DNA from: Thermotogota bacterium
Lineage (GTDB): Bacteria; Thermotogota; Thermotogae; Petrotogales; Kosmotogaceae
NCBI GenBank assembly: GCA_034660555.1
Contig: JAYEJL010000158.1
Location: 1 to 37,350 of the forward strand
DNA length: 37,350 bases
Direction of reading: 5' to 3'
The position numbers and the translations under genes were made by a program. The number at the start of each line of letters is the position of its first letter. The stretch's first letter is position 1. The notes under the pieces were generated by a model that saw only the letters and a program-made list of their open reading frames with translations, searched no databases and had not been told where the DNA came from. Shown here in pieces: positions 18,202 to 26,495 of this stretch.

Positions 18202-19809
18202 ATGAGGAAGTTGCTTACGGGAACCGTACTATTTGTTCTGTTGGCTTCATTGATGGTTTTTGGCGGTGAATATGAGTTACAAAAGGTTATAATCGTGCCC
18301 GAACCGGATCAGGAGTTGCAGGTACAAATATGGATGGATAAGGAACCGGGATCTGTCTATAGAACCGGTGAAGAAGTAGGAATTTTCTTCAAAACAAACA
18401 AAGATGCTTACATAGCTATATACGACATAATGCCAGATGGAGAAGTCCAGTTGCTTTTCCCAAATAAGTATGATAAAGAGAATCATGTGAAAGCAAACAG
18501 GGAATATCAATTGCCAACGGATAGTGCATCTACAAGGTATAAATTAAGGGTTTCAGGTCCTTCGGGTTTGGAAATCTTTCAAATAGTTGCATCAACATCT
18601 CCTATAGCATTTCTCGATGATCTGGTAAAAAGACTTGATGTTGATCCTTTCCCTATGTTTGGTAGTTCTGCTGAAAATGTAATTGAAAAGCTTGTTAAAC
18701 CTTTTGTGGAAAAGGCGGAATATGCTGTAAACCAGACGTACTTTTATGTTAATACAAAACCTACCGAGGGTGCACTGAAGATAAGAACGCAACCATCGGG
18801 GGCAGATGTATTTGTTGATGGAGTTCACTATGGTAAATCTCCATTGAGCGTAAGGCTTTCTGAAGGTTCTCACTATATAACCACTGTCAAAAAGGGATAC
18901 AGACAGGCAAACACAATGGCAAATGTTATTGCCGGTAGAACAAATTCAATTACCTTGAACCTTGAGGGCATAACCCGTCAGTATTCGCTGATTGTTAACA
19001 GCTCACCAGCTGGAGCAGATGTTTATATAGACAACAACTATGTGGGACAGAGTCCTATAAGATTAGGTGTAGATCAGGGGACACATTCTTTGAGATTAGA
19101 AAAGCAGGGTTATAGGGCCCATGAAGAAACGATAAACATTAATTCTGATACATCACGTTCAATAGCTCTTCAGGAACAGATACAAACATACCGTGTTGAG
19201 ATTAATTCAAATGTTTATGGAGCGAACGTTTATATTGATGGTACCTATAGAGGAAGAACGCCGCTTGTAATGAACCTGGAAAGAGGAAGCCATAATTTTA
19301 AAGTTGGAGCCAGTGGATATTCAAGTTACAGTCAGTCATTCTACATATCATCAGATAGGGTAATAAATGTTAACTTAAGCAAATCAAAATCTGTAGTGAA
19401 TTTTAGCAGTAGCCCTTCCAATACGAGAGTTTATATTAATTCAAGTTATCGAGGAACAACACCGCTTCAGTTATCTCTTGATGAAGGAACCTATACAGTT
19501 CGCATCGATAAAGACGGTTTTATATCAAAGTCAGAAGAAATATCTGTTCAGTCGGGACAGTCGTACAATTACAACTTCACATTAGAAGAGATAAAACCGG
19601 TGGCTAAAGTCAGAATAAACACCAATCCATCAGATGCCAGGATATTTGTGGATGGTTATGAAGTGGGCAGGACAAATACAACAATAGAGATTGAAGCAGG
19701 TCACCATGAGATACTTATGTTGAAAGAAGGATTCTATTCTGTGCATTTAATTATGTACTTCGAGGAAAAGAGTTACTCATATACCTACGAGTTAACACCC
19801 ATTAAATAA
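18202..19809 (+). CDS. Exported protein with DUF4384-like domain and five PEGA domains
   Basis: Signal peptide; YRTGEEVGIFFKTNKDAY...QLLFPN; five repeats of the SxPxGAxVxIDG..G.TP type. SD AGGAGG. Confidence 0.88.
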   Translation: MRKLLTGTVLFVLLASLMVFGGEYELQKVIIVPEPDQELQVQIWMDKEPGSVYRTGEEVGIFFKTNKDAYIAIYDIMPDGEVQLLFPNKYDKENHVKANREYQLPTDSASTRYKLRVSGPSGLEIFQIVASTSPIAFLDDLVKRLDVDPFPMFGSSAENVIEKLVKPFVEKAEYAVNQTYFYVNTKPTEGALKIRTQPSGADVFVDGVHYGKSPLSVRLSEGSHYITTVKKGYRQANTMANVIAGRTNSITLNLEGITRQYSLIVNSSPAGADVYIDNNYVGQSPIRLGVDQGTHSLRLEKQGYRAHEETININSDTSRSIALQEQIQTYRVEINSNVYGANVYIDGTYRGRTPLVMNLERGSHNFKVGASGYSSYSQSFYISSDRVINVNLSKSKSVVNFSSSPSNTRVYINSSYRGTTPLQLSLDEGTYTVRIDKDGFISKSEEISVQSGQSYNYNFTLEEIKPVAKVRINTNPSDARIFVDGYEVGRTNTTIEIEAGHHEILMLKEGFYSVHLIMYFEEKSYSYTYELTPIK

Positions 19810-19828
19810 CCGTAATAGATTTGTACTG

Positions 19829-19862
19829 AAAAAATCACCCCATATACGGGGTGATTTTTTTT
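19829..19862. terminator. Bidirectional intrinsic terminator overlapping the 3' end of the RsuA-family gene
   Basis: AAAAAATCACCCC-ATATAC-GGGGTGATTTTTTTT. Confidence 0.85.
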
Positions 19863-20536
19863 GCTTCTTGGAGAGTTAATTCCTTGTATTCACCTTCATT
19901 AAGTGATTTAGGAAGATCCAGATTTCCGATTCTAACTCGAAAAATATCACTAGTTTCAGAACCTAGAAATTCAACCATTTTCTTTATTTCATGAAATTTT
20001 CCTTCTGTTAAAACAATCCGGAATCTATGGGGTTCTTTCCATTCAATTTCGTCTGCTCTATAAATTTCATTTTTTAATCTTATTCCTGATAACAACCGTT
20101 CAAGTTGCTGAACTCTTAGTTCTTCGCTCACCGTTACAATGTATTCCTTTTTGACATTGAATTTGGGATTTATGCAGTGATGAAGAAATTTACCATCGTT
20201 TGTTAAAATGAGCATACCCCGGGCATCTTTGTCAAGTCTACCTGCGATAGAAAGTTCTTTTTCGTAGTTTTCATTTACAAGGGAAAATACAGTGGGTCCT
20301 TCTTGCGCATTTCTTGAACAAACATATCCTGCAGGTTTGTTCAATAATACATAGACATTTCCATAGGGGGTGACAATCTTATCATCAAAGGTCACTGACT
20401 CATCACCGTTCAATTTTATAGACGGATCAGCTGTGGTAATTCCATTTATTTTTACCCTTCCCGAACGAATTCTTTTTTTCGTAATTTTCCTGGAAAGGTC
20501 TAAGAATCTGGAAATATATTTGTCAAGTCTCATCAT
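19835..20536 (-). CDS. rsuA: RsuA-family pseudouridine synthase
   Basis: MRLDKYI S4 domain, LNKPAGYVCS, AGRLDKDARGMLILTNDG, KEYIV, EGKFHEIKKM, RVRIG. Confidence 0.9.
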   Translation of the reverse strand: MMRLDKYISRFLDLSRKITKKRIRSGRVKINGITTADPSIKLNGDESVTFDDKIVTPYGNVYVLLNKPAGYVCSRNAQEGPTVFSLVNENYEKELSIAGRLDKDARGMLILTNDGKFLHHCINPKFNVKKEYIVTVSEELRVQQLERLLSGIRLKNEIYRADEIEWKEPHRFRIVLTEGKFHEIKKMVEFLGSETSDIFRVRIGNLDLPKSLNEGEYKELTLQEAKKITPYMG

Positions 20537-20596
20537 AAGTATATTTTACTATATTGTTTTTCAGTAGATTATTCAGGCAATAAAGATTGCATATAA

Positions 20597-20605
20597 TGAT
20601 ATAAT
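20597..20605 (+). promoter_or_regulatory. Extended -10 element upstream of recJ
   Basis: TGaTATAAT, 35 nt upstream of ATG 20641. Confidence 0.55.
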
Positions 20606-20640
20606 TTTTACAAAGGAAAAAAAGAGAGAAGGTGAAAAAA

Positions 20641-23600
20641 ATGAGAAAGGAGTGGAAGCTCCGTAAGTTTGATGATACTACGGTATCTCGGCTTATGGAA
20701 TATCTTGGGGTTGATGAGTTTTTAGCAAGGTTGCTTGTTAAAAGAGATATATGTGACATTAACGAAGCAATGTCTTTCATAAACCCTGAACGAAGTATTC
20801 TTCATGATCCGTTTCTGCTAAAAGATATGGACAAAGCTGTTAATACGCTATTAAAGGCACCTGAAAATGAATCAATTGTCGTGTTTGGAGATTACGATGT
20901 TGATGGTGTTACGTCAACCGCCCTTCTTTATCTTGCAATGAAAAAAATGGGATTTAACGTTCATTATTACATACCTTTGAGACTTGAAGAGGGTTATGGT
21001 CTCAGCAAAGAGGCAATAAAAGAACTCTATGACAAAGGACATAGAATTTTAATTACCGTGGATTGTGGTGTCACTTCTGTAGAGGAGATAAAATATGCAA
21101 GAAATCTTGGTTTTAAAGTTGTCGTAAGTGATCATCATGAAATAAAAGATTCATTGCCTCCAGCAGAAGCTGTCATAAATCCAAAAAGACCCGATGATGA
21201 TTACCCCTTTAAAGGTCTGGCTGGTGTTGGTGTAGCATATAAGTTGATGTGTGCGTTGAATGAAGCTATGAAGCTGCCTTTGAATCCTGAAGATTTCCTG
21301 GATATTGTTGCGCTTGGTACCATAGCTGATATTGTTCCATTAAAGGATGAAAACAGATACATTGTAAAAGAAGGAACTAAAAAGATACAGAAAAATCCAT
21401 TGCCAGGTTTAAAAGCGCTTCTCGGTTTGTTAAGAATTAATCCTGAAAATATAACTGCAAAAGATATTGCTTTCAAAATTGCACCAAAACTTAATGCAGC
21501 GGGAAGAATGGACTCTGCTATTGTTGCCCTTGAATTACTGATCAGTGAAGATATGAACGAAACCATGTCAATTGCAAGACGTTTACTCAAGCACAATCAG
21601 AACAGGCAGATGATAGAAGCAAAGATCTTCGAGCATGTAAAAAAGGAGATTGAAACAGACGAAGAATTGAAGGAAGCAAAGGTACTTGTAATGTATGGAG
21701 AAAACTGGCATTTGGGAGTTCTGGGAATTGTTACTTCTAGACTTGTATCAATATATAACAAGCCAGTATTCTTGATTTCAACATCGGAGGATATTGGAAA
21801 AGGATCAGCAAGAAGTCCATCAGGTGTAAGCATAATTGCGTTATTAAATGAAATCAGTGATCTGTTTGAAGAATTTGGCGGACACGAGATGGCCGCGGGG
21901 TTCAGCATAAAAAAAGAAAATATCCTTCTCATGAGAAAAAGGATAAACCAGGCTTATAGAAAACTTTACGGAGAAGATTTACCATTGCATATGGTTGAGA
22001 TTGACGAGGAGATAACTCTTGATGAAATTGAAACCAAAACACTTAAAGTTCTGGATGTGCTAAGACCCTTTGGACATTCAAATCCCGAACCAAGATTTCT
22101 CATAAAGGATCTAAACATTCAAAAGGCGAAGATATTTGGTAATAATGGAAATCACCTGAAATTGATTCTCAGATCGGGAGAACAGAAAATATTTGCCATA
22201 GGATTTGGTATGAGTAAGCTTCTTGAAGAATATCGTTATGTAAAACCAAGTTTGCTCAAGGCTGATGTTGTAGTTAATATAAAAAGAGACAATATGTATG
22301 GTGATATTGAAACAGTTAAGCTTTCACTTGTAGATGCAAATATTCACATAGATCCGGTGTTTGAGGAAGAGGTAAGAGATAAAAACTTTGTCTTTGAATT
22401 TATTAGAGACTGGAAGAACCAGAAACCCTTTGGAAATGAGCCAAGGGTTGACGTTTCATTGACCGTCTATGAATTGGAAAGGAAGCTTTCTCATAAAGCT
22501 TATGGTTTTATGAGAATTGGTTCTTCTAACCCATGGGGAGCCTTTGGAAATATTAGACTGAAACATCTTTATCTGTCTTGGAAAATACTAAGCAACTACA
22601 GAACCGAAAAGAAAACTGCGGTGGTATCCGGTTTGAACAGTACGCTGGCACATACATATCATTCTCTGCAGCACTATATAGATCCTGTTAAACCATTATA
22701 TGCAAATTCACTTTATAGGGGAGAACCGTGCAGTTCTGTAGTTTTTAGTACACTTTCATTTTTTATGGATAACTATGATTATTATATGGAGGAGTTTGAC
22801 GAGATAATATTCGACGAACCTGTTTATATTTTTTCTGAGATCTATAGAGATCATCCTGATTATAATAAGTTGATAGATAAACTTCCGAAAATTTTGCAAA
22901 GAGCTGGTTTTACCGGGAGTATTTTTAGTGATGAAGTAGAGAAATTAATGGAGAAATACTGCATCAATTATATTTACAATCCTTTGCCTATAAAGCACGT
23001 TGGCATAATTGACAATAGAGGTACCAGGAAAAAAGTTGACCAGATACTTTCGCTTGTAAGGCATGGTGAAAATGTTGCCATAATAGTTGATTCGCCAAAT
23101 AAAACCGTTGCACTAACAAAAACTCTTGGGGAACGATTATCTCATACACTTCAGAATGGTGAGCTGATTTTCTACAACTATTTACTGAAATACTTCCAGC
23201 GAATGAATATCTATTCGCTAATAGAACGCCAAAAAATAAAAGTGTTGATAGCTACACCTTCAAGTGATGGGCTCGGTGTTATGCTTGGAAACTCCAATAT
23301 AGTTTTTTATAATGCCCCTAAGAATTTTCTTGAGATGCTTGATGCAGTATCTACCAAACCCGGAGACGATACTGAGCTATTCTTAAATTTGGCCTTCAAC
23401 AAGAATGATTTGTTATCGAATGTCAATAAAATTGATAAACTTTTCCCCACATGTGAAGAGGTTCAGGGGCTTTATCAGGATATAGTTGATGTTCTTCCAG
23501 CTTCTGATAAAGATATCAAGAAAGCGCTTAGCCTTAGTAATATTGAATCGAAGGTTAATCTCGCGATTCTTGAAGAGATGAAGCATATTGAATACGATGG

Positions 23601-23784
23601 TGAATTATGGAAGAAACTTAATGGAAAAACATTTAGCATTGAGGAAATGAAAAGAACGTTAAGATACCGTGAAGGAATACCCGAGAAAAGGATGAGTAGG
23701 TGGTATGCATCAAAACTATCTACGACCACCACAAGGTCACTTCTTAGAAGTCTTATGAAAGGAAGTGAATTATTAAAGAATTGA
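20641..23784 (+). CDS. recJ: ssDNA 5'-3' exonuclease RecJ with a long C-terminal extension
   Basis: GDYDVDGVTS, EGYG, TVDCG, SDHH, LGTIADIVPL..ENR, PKLNAAGRM, KGSARS, GGHEMAAG, PFGHSNPEP, HLKL. About 470 extra C-terminal residues. Confidence 0.96.
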   Translation: MRKEWKLRKFDDTTVSRLMEYLGVDEFLARLLVKRDICDINEAMSFINPERSILHDPFLLKDMDKAVNTLLKAPENESIVVFGDYDVDGVTSTALLYLAMKKMGFNVHYYIPLRLEEGYGLSKEAIKELYDKGHRILITVDCGVTSVEEIKYARNLGFKVVVSDHHEIKDSLPPAEAVINPKRPDDDYPFKGLAGVGVAYKLMCALNEAMKLPLNPEDFLDIVALGTIADIVPLKDENRYIVKEGTKKIQKNPLPGLKALLGLLRINPENITAKDIAFKIAPKLNAAGRMDSAIVALELLISEDMNETMSIARRLLKHNQNRQMIEAKIFEHVKKEIETDEELKEAKVLVMYGENWHLGVLGIVTSRLVSIYNKPVFLISTSEDIGKGSARSPSGVSIIALLNEISDLFEEFGGHEMAAGFSIKKENILLMRKRINQAYRKLYGEDLPLHMVEIDEEITLDEIETKTLKVLDVLRPFGHSNPEPRFLIKDLNIQKAKIFGNNGNHLKLILRSGEQKIFAIGFGMSKLLEEYRYVKPSLLKADVVVNIKRDNMYGDIETVKLSLVDANIHIDPVFEEEVRDKNFVFEFIRDWKNQKPFGNEPRVDVSLTVYELERKLSHKAYGFMRIGSSNPWGAFGNIRLKHLYLSWKILSNYRTEKKTAVVSGLNSTLAHTYHSLQHYIDPVKPLYANSLYRGEPCSSVVFSTLSFFMDNYDYYMEEFDEIIFDEPVYIFSEIYRDHPDYNKLIDKLPKILQRAGFTGSIFSDEVEKLMEKYCINYIYNPLPIKHVGIIDNRGTRKKVDQILSLVRHGENVAIIVDSPNKTVALTKTLGERLSHTLQNGELIFYNYLLKYFQRMNIYSLIERQKIKVLIATPSSDGLGVMLGNSNIVFYNAPKNFLEMLDAVSTKPGDDTELFLNLAFNKNDLLSNVNKIDKLFPTCEEVQGLYQDIVDVLPASDKDIKKALSLSNIESKVNLAILEEMKHIEYDGELWKKLNGKTFSIEEMKRTLRYREGIPEKRMSRWYASKLSTTTTRSLLRSLMKGSELLKN

Positions 23785-24047
23785 TAGATACACTGGAGCT
23801 TAATACCTGTATATCGGTTGAAACAGAATACGTGCTTGAAGCATTAAATCATATAAGAGGAAGTCAAATTTTTGCGAAGATCTTCCCATCAAATAGTTGT
23901 AATGGAACTGAACTACATATAGCTATTAATAAAAATGATTTTGAAGAAGCTATGTTGGTGCTTAAAAAGAACAAAATTGAAGTAATTGGATACAAATTCT
24001 ATGAAAAAAATATAATTGGTGCTTTTTATGAAAATACTGGGCATTGA
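23781..24047 (+). CDS. Small hypothetical protein (88 aa)
   Basis: Fills the recJ-ruvX gap. TTG start overlaps the recJ stop, and the 3' end overlaps the ruvX start. Confidence 0.6.
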   Translation: MIDTLELNTCISVETEYVLEALNHIRGSQIFAKIFPSNSCNGTELHIAINKNDFEEAMLVLKKNKIEVIGYKFYEKNIIGAFYENTGH

Positions 24048-24747
24048 TTATGGGACCAGGCGAATCGGTATAGCAATTTCTGTAGAAGCAGTTGAAATGC
24101 CACTTAAAACTATTACTATCGAGAATTATAAAGAAAAAATTAAGGAGATTGTAAACGCCAGAGAAATTGATACTGTTGTCGTTGGACTGCCCGTTTCGAT
24201 GTCAGGAAGATATAACGAAATCACACTGAAAGTGGTTTCCTTTGCTTTGAAAGTATCCGAACTTGTCAACAAACCTGTATGGCTCTTCGATGAACGATTG
24301 TCCACGGAGAGCTCTAGATTTGCTGCAAGTTCAAGAAAAAGTTTTAACAATAATAAAGATGCATTGAGCGCACTAAATATTCTCAGGAGATTCAATCCAC
24401 GTTCATCAAATGCCAGCAAAATTGTAGATGCCTTCCCTGAATGGATACCCGAATGGGAGAAATTGCCAGAATCAAAATTACTCGTTTATCAACCTGATAA
24501 TCCTGAAATTGTTTATTTACTAAATGAAAAACATAAAGATAAAAAGATTTTTACCAGCGATCCGCAGATTTTTCTACTTCTTAAAAGAAAAGGTTTTTCT
24601 CCTGTAAACATAATAAAAGATGTTTACCCCGAAGAGTATTCTTCGATAGTTATTAATAGAGAAAATCAAGAAAATTGTCCTGAAAACTTAAAAGATGAAA
24701 AGAATATATATACCTACAGAGTTTGTGCCCGTAGCTCAATGGATTGA
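24028..24747 (+). CDS. ruvX: RuvX/YqgF RNase H-fold nuclease (pre-16S rRNA processing family) with C-terminal extension
   Basis: MKILGIDYGTRRIGIA, VVVGLP..MSG, FDERLST, DALSALNIL. Stop codon lies inside tRNA-Arg. Confidence 0.88.
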   Translation: MKILGIDYGTRRIGIAISVEAVEMPLKTITIENYKEKIKEIVNAREIDTVVVGLPVSMSGRYNEITLKVVSFALKVSELVNKPVWLFDERLSTESSRFAASSRKSFNNNKDALSALNILRRFNPRSSNASKIVDAFPEWIPEWEKLPESKLLVYQPDNPEIVYLLNEKHKDKKIFTSDPQIFLLLKRKGFSPVNIIKDVYPEEYSSIVINRENQENCPENLKDEKNIYTYRVCARSSMD

Positions 24748-24800
24748 GCACTGGATTCCGGCTCCAGAGATTGTGGGTTCGAGTCCCACCGGGCACGCCA
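24725..24800 (+). tRNA. tRNA-Arg (anticodon CCG)
   Basis: GTGCCCG TA GCTC AATGGATT GAGC A CTGGA TTCCGGC TCCAG AGATT GTGGG TTCGAGT CCCAC CGGGCAC GCCA. 76 nt, A20 identity element, encoded CCA. Confidence 0.96.
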
Positions 24801-24801
24801 T

Positions 24802-25635
24802 CTAAATTTCTTCATTATTTCTTTGTCCAGCTTTGGAAAGAAAAAAAGACATCAGTAAACCAAACAATGTTCCGCCTAATACTCTAAATGCGACTTCAGG
24901 ATAAGTTCCCGCTCTTAATGCCAGATCGGGTATCGATCCTATCATCAAACCTGCAAGAAATGAAAATGTTTCGGATGGGAATTTAACAAGCAATTTTTTT
25001 AGAAGCCTGCTTACCAAAATAATCCCAAGAAAAATACCTATAGCTGTAAATAACAGTATTAATAGGTCCATTGATGATACCGCGTTTACAATTCGTATGT
25101 ATTCATTCATGATTAACAGAATAAATGCTCCGCTCAATCCAGGTAATATCATTGAGGCAGCTCCAAAGAAACCAGCTATACTGTCGTATACAAGTGAGCC
25201 CACTGAATGAGTAACTTCTCCGGTTTCATTTACTTTTTCAGGATTACCAGCAGTGAAAGCAAGCAAAACTACCAGCACTATACCCATAAGCATAAATAAA
25301 TAGTTGCTCTTTTTTCCTTTTGTGCGCCTTTTCATAACAAAAGGTGTAGAGCCAGCTACCAGACCAATAAAGCAACCATATGTGTAGCCAGGTATACGTT
25401 TAATGGCCAAATTTATTAAATGAGAGAAACCAAAGATGGCTATTATTATTCCTGAAATTATTGTAAGCAAGAAAAAGACAGCATCTCTGTTTATTTTAAG
25501 TGAAGTAACTGAATTAATTGATGAAATAAGCTGATCGTAGATTCCGCCTATTAATGCCATTGTTCCTCCACTTACCCCCGGTATTAAATTGGCTATTCCC
25601 ATTAATAGGCCTACTATAAAACTTATGATAAGCAA
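24802..25635 (-). CDS. DUF368 membrane protein (undecaprenyl-phosphate translocase PopT-like family)
   Basis: GIANLIPGVSGGTMA and ASMILPGLSGAFILL internal-repeat motifs; multiple TMs. TTG start with SD AGGGGG. Confidence 0.9.
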   Translation of the reverse strand: MLIISFIVGLLMGIANLIPGVSGGTMALIGGIYDQLISSINSVTSLKINRDAVFFLLTIISGIIIAIFGFSHLINLAIKRIPGYTYGCFIGLVAGSTPFVMKRRTKGKKSNYLFMLMGIVLVVLLAFTAGNPEKVNETGEVTHSVGSLVYDSIAGFFGAASMILPGLSGAFILLIMNEYIRIVNAVSSMDLLILLFTAIGIFLGIILVSRLLKKLLVKFPSETFSFLAGLMIGSIPDLALRAGTYPEVAFRVLGGTLFGLLMSFFLSKAGQRNNEEI

Positions 25636-25698
25636 TCCCCCTTCGAATTATTCTACCAGAAGAGGGTGAGACGCTCAAATGCAATGAAGTATTTCATA

Positions 25699-25707
25699 TG
25701 TTATAAT
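25699..25707 (+). promoter_or_regulatory. Extended -10 element for the suf operon
   Basis: TGtTATAAT, 35 nt upstream of the sufC GTG. Confidence 0.6.
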
Positions 25708-25742
25708 CAGATATAAATACTCGGAATTAGGGAGGGAAAAGA

Positions 25743-26489
25743 GTGAGTCTGTTAAAAATTGAGAATCTTCATGTGAAACTTGCTAACGAAGATATTGAAA
25801 TATTAAAGGGTATAAATCTTGAGATTAAATCGGGTGAAACCCATGCAATTATGGGACCTAATGGTAGTGGTAAATCAACACTGGCGAATGTAGTGATGGG
25901 AAATCCAAAGTATAAGGTTACTTCAGGTAAGATAATATACGATGGGGAATCAATCAATGAATTAAGCATTGACGAGAGAGCAAATAGGGGTATTTTCCTT
26001 TCATTTCAACAACCACCTGAGATTAATGGAATCAAACTGAGAAACTTCTTGTTTACTACAAAACAAAAAGATAGCAAGACTTCGATGATAGAGATGAACA
26101 AGGAGCTTGAATCAGTAATTGAGAGCATGAACATGAGTTCTGATTTCTTAAGCAGATATCTGAACGTCGGTTTTTCAGGGGGAGAGAAAAAGAAGAATGA
26201 GGTTATGCAACTCACATTTCTAAAGAAAAAAATGGCTATCCTTGATGAAATTGATTCTGGCCTGGATGTTGATGCTTTGAGAGAAATTGCCAAAATCGTT
26301 AATGAATACAGAAATAGTAACAATGGTTTACTATTAATTACACATTATAAAAGAATTTTGGAATATATTATACCTGATAAAGTTCATATCCTTATGGCGG
26401 GGGAAATAATCAGTAGTGGAGGACAAGAGCTAGCTGGTCAGGTAGAAAAATCAGGATATTCATTTGCCCTAAACGAATCGAAGGAGTGA
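25743..26489 (+). CDS. sufC: Fe-S cluster assembly ATPase SufC
   Basis: HAIMGPNGSGKSTL, GIFLSFQQP, NVGFSGGEKKKNE, ILDEIDSGLDVDAL, ITHY. Confidence 0.97.
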   Translation: MSLLKIENLHVKLANEDIEILKGINLEIKSGETHAIMGPNGSGKSTLANVVMGNPKYKVTSGKIIYDGESINELSIDERANRGIFLSFQQPPEINGIKLRNFLFTTKQKDSKTSMIEMNKELESVIESMNMSSDFLSRYLNVGFSGGEKKKNEVMQLTFLKKKMAILDEIDSGLDVDALREIAKIVNEYRNSNNGLLLITHYKRILEYIIPDKVHILMAGEIISSGGQELAGQVEKSGYSFALNESKE

Positions 26490-26495
26490 GCTCTT

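Noticed and set aside
18760..19800. Repeats within the PEGA gene as a CRISPR or tandem DNA repeat
   Set aside because: Similarity is at protein level (five diverged PEGA domains). There are no identical spaced DNA repeats and no cas genes.
20523..20780. 85-aa minus-strand ORF across the rsuA/recJ divergent region
   Set aside because: It overlaps the recJ 5' end antisense, and its hydrophobic stretch derives from the A-rich recJ leader.
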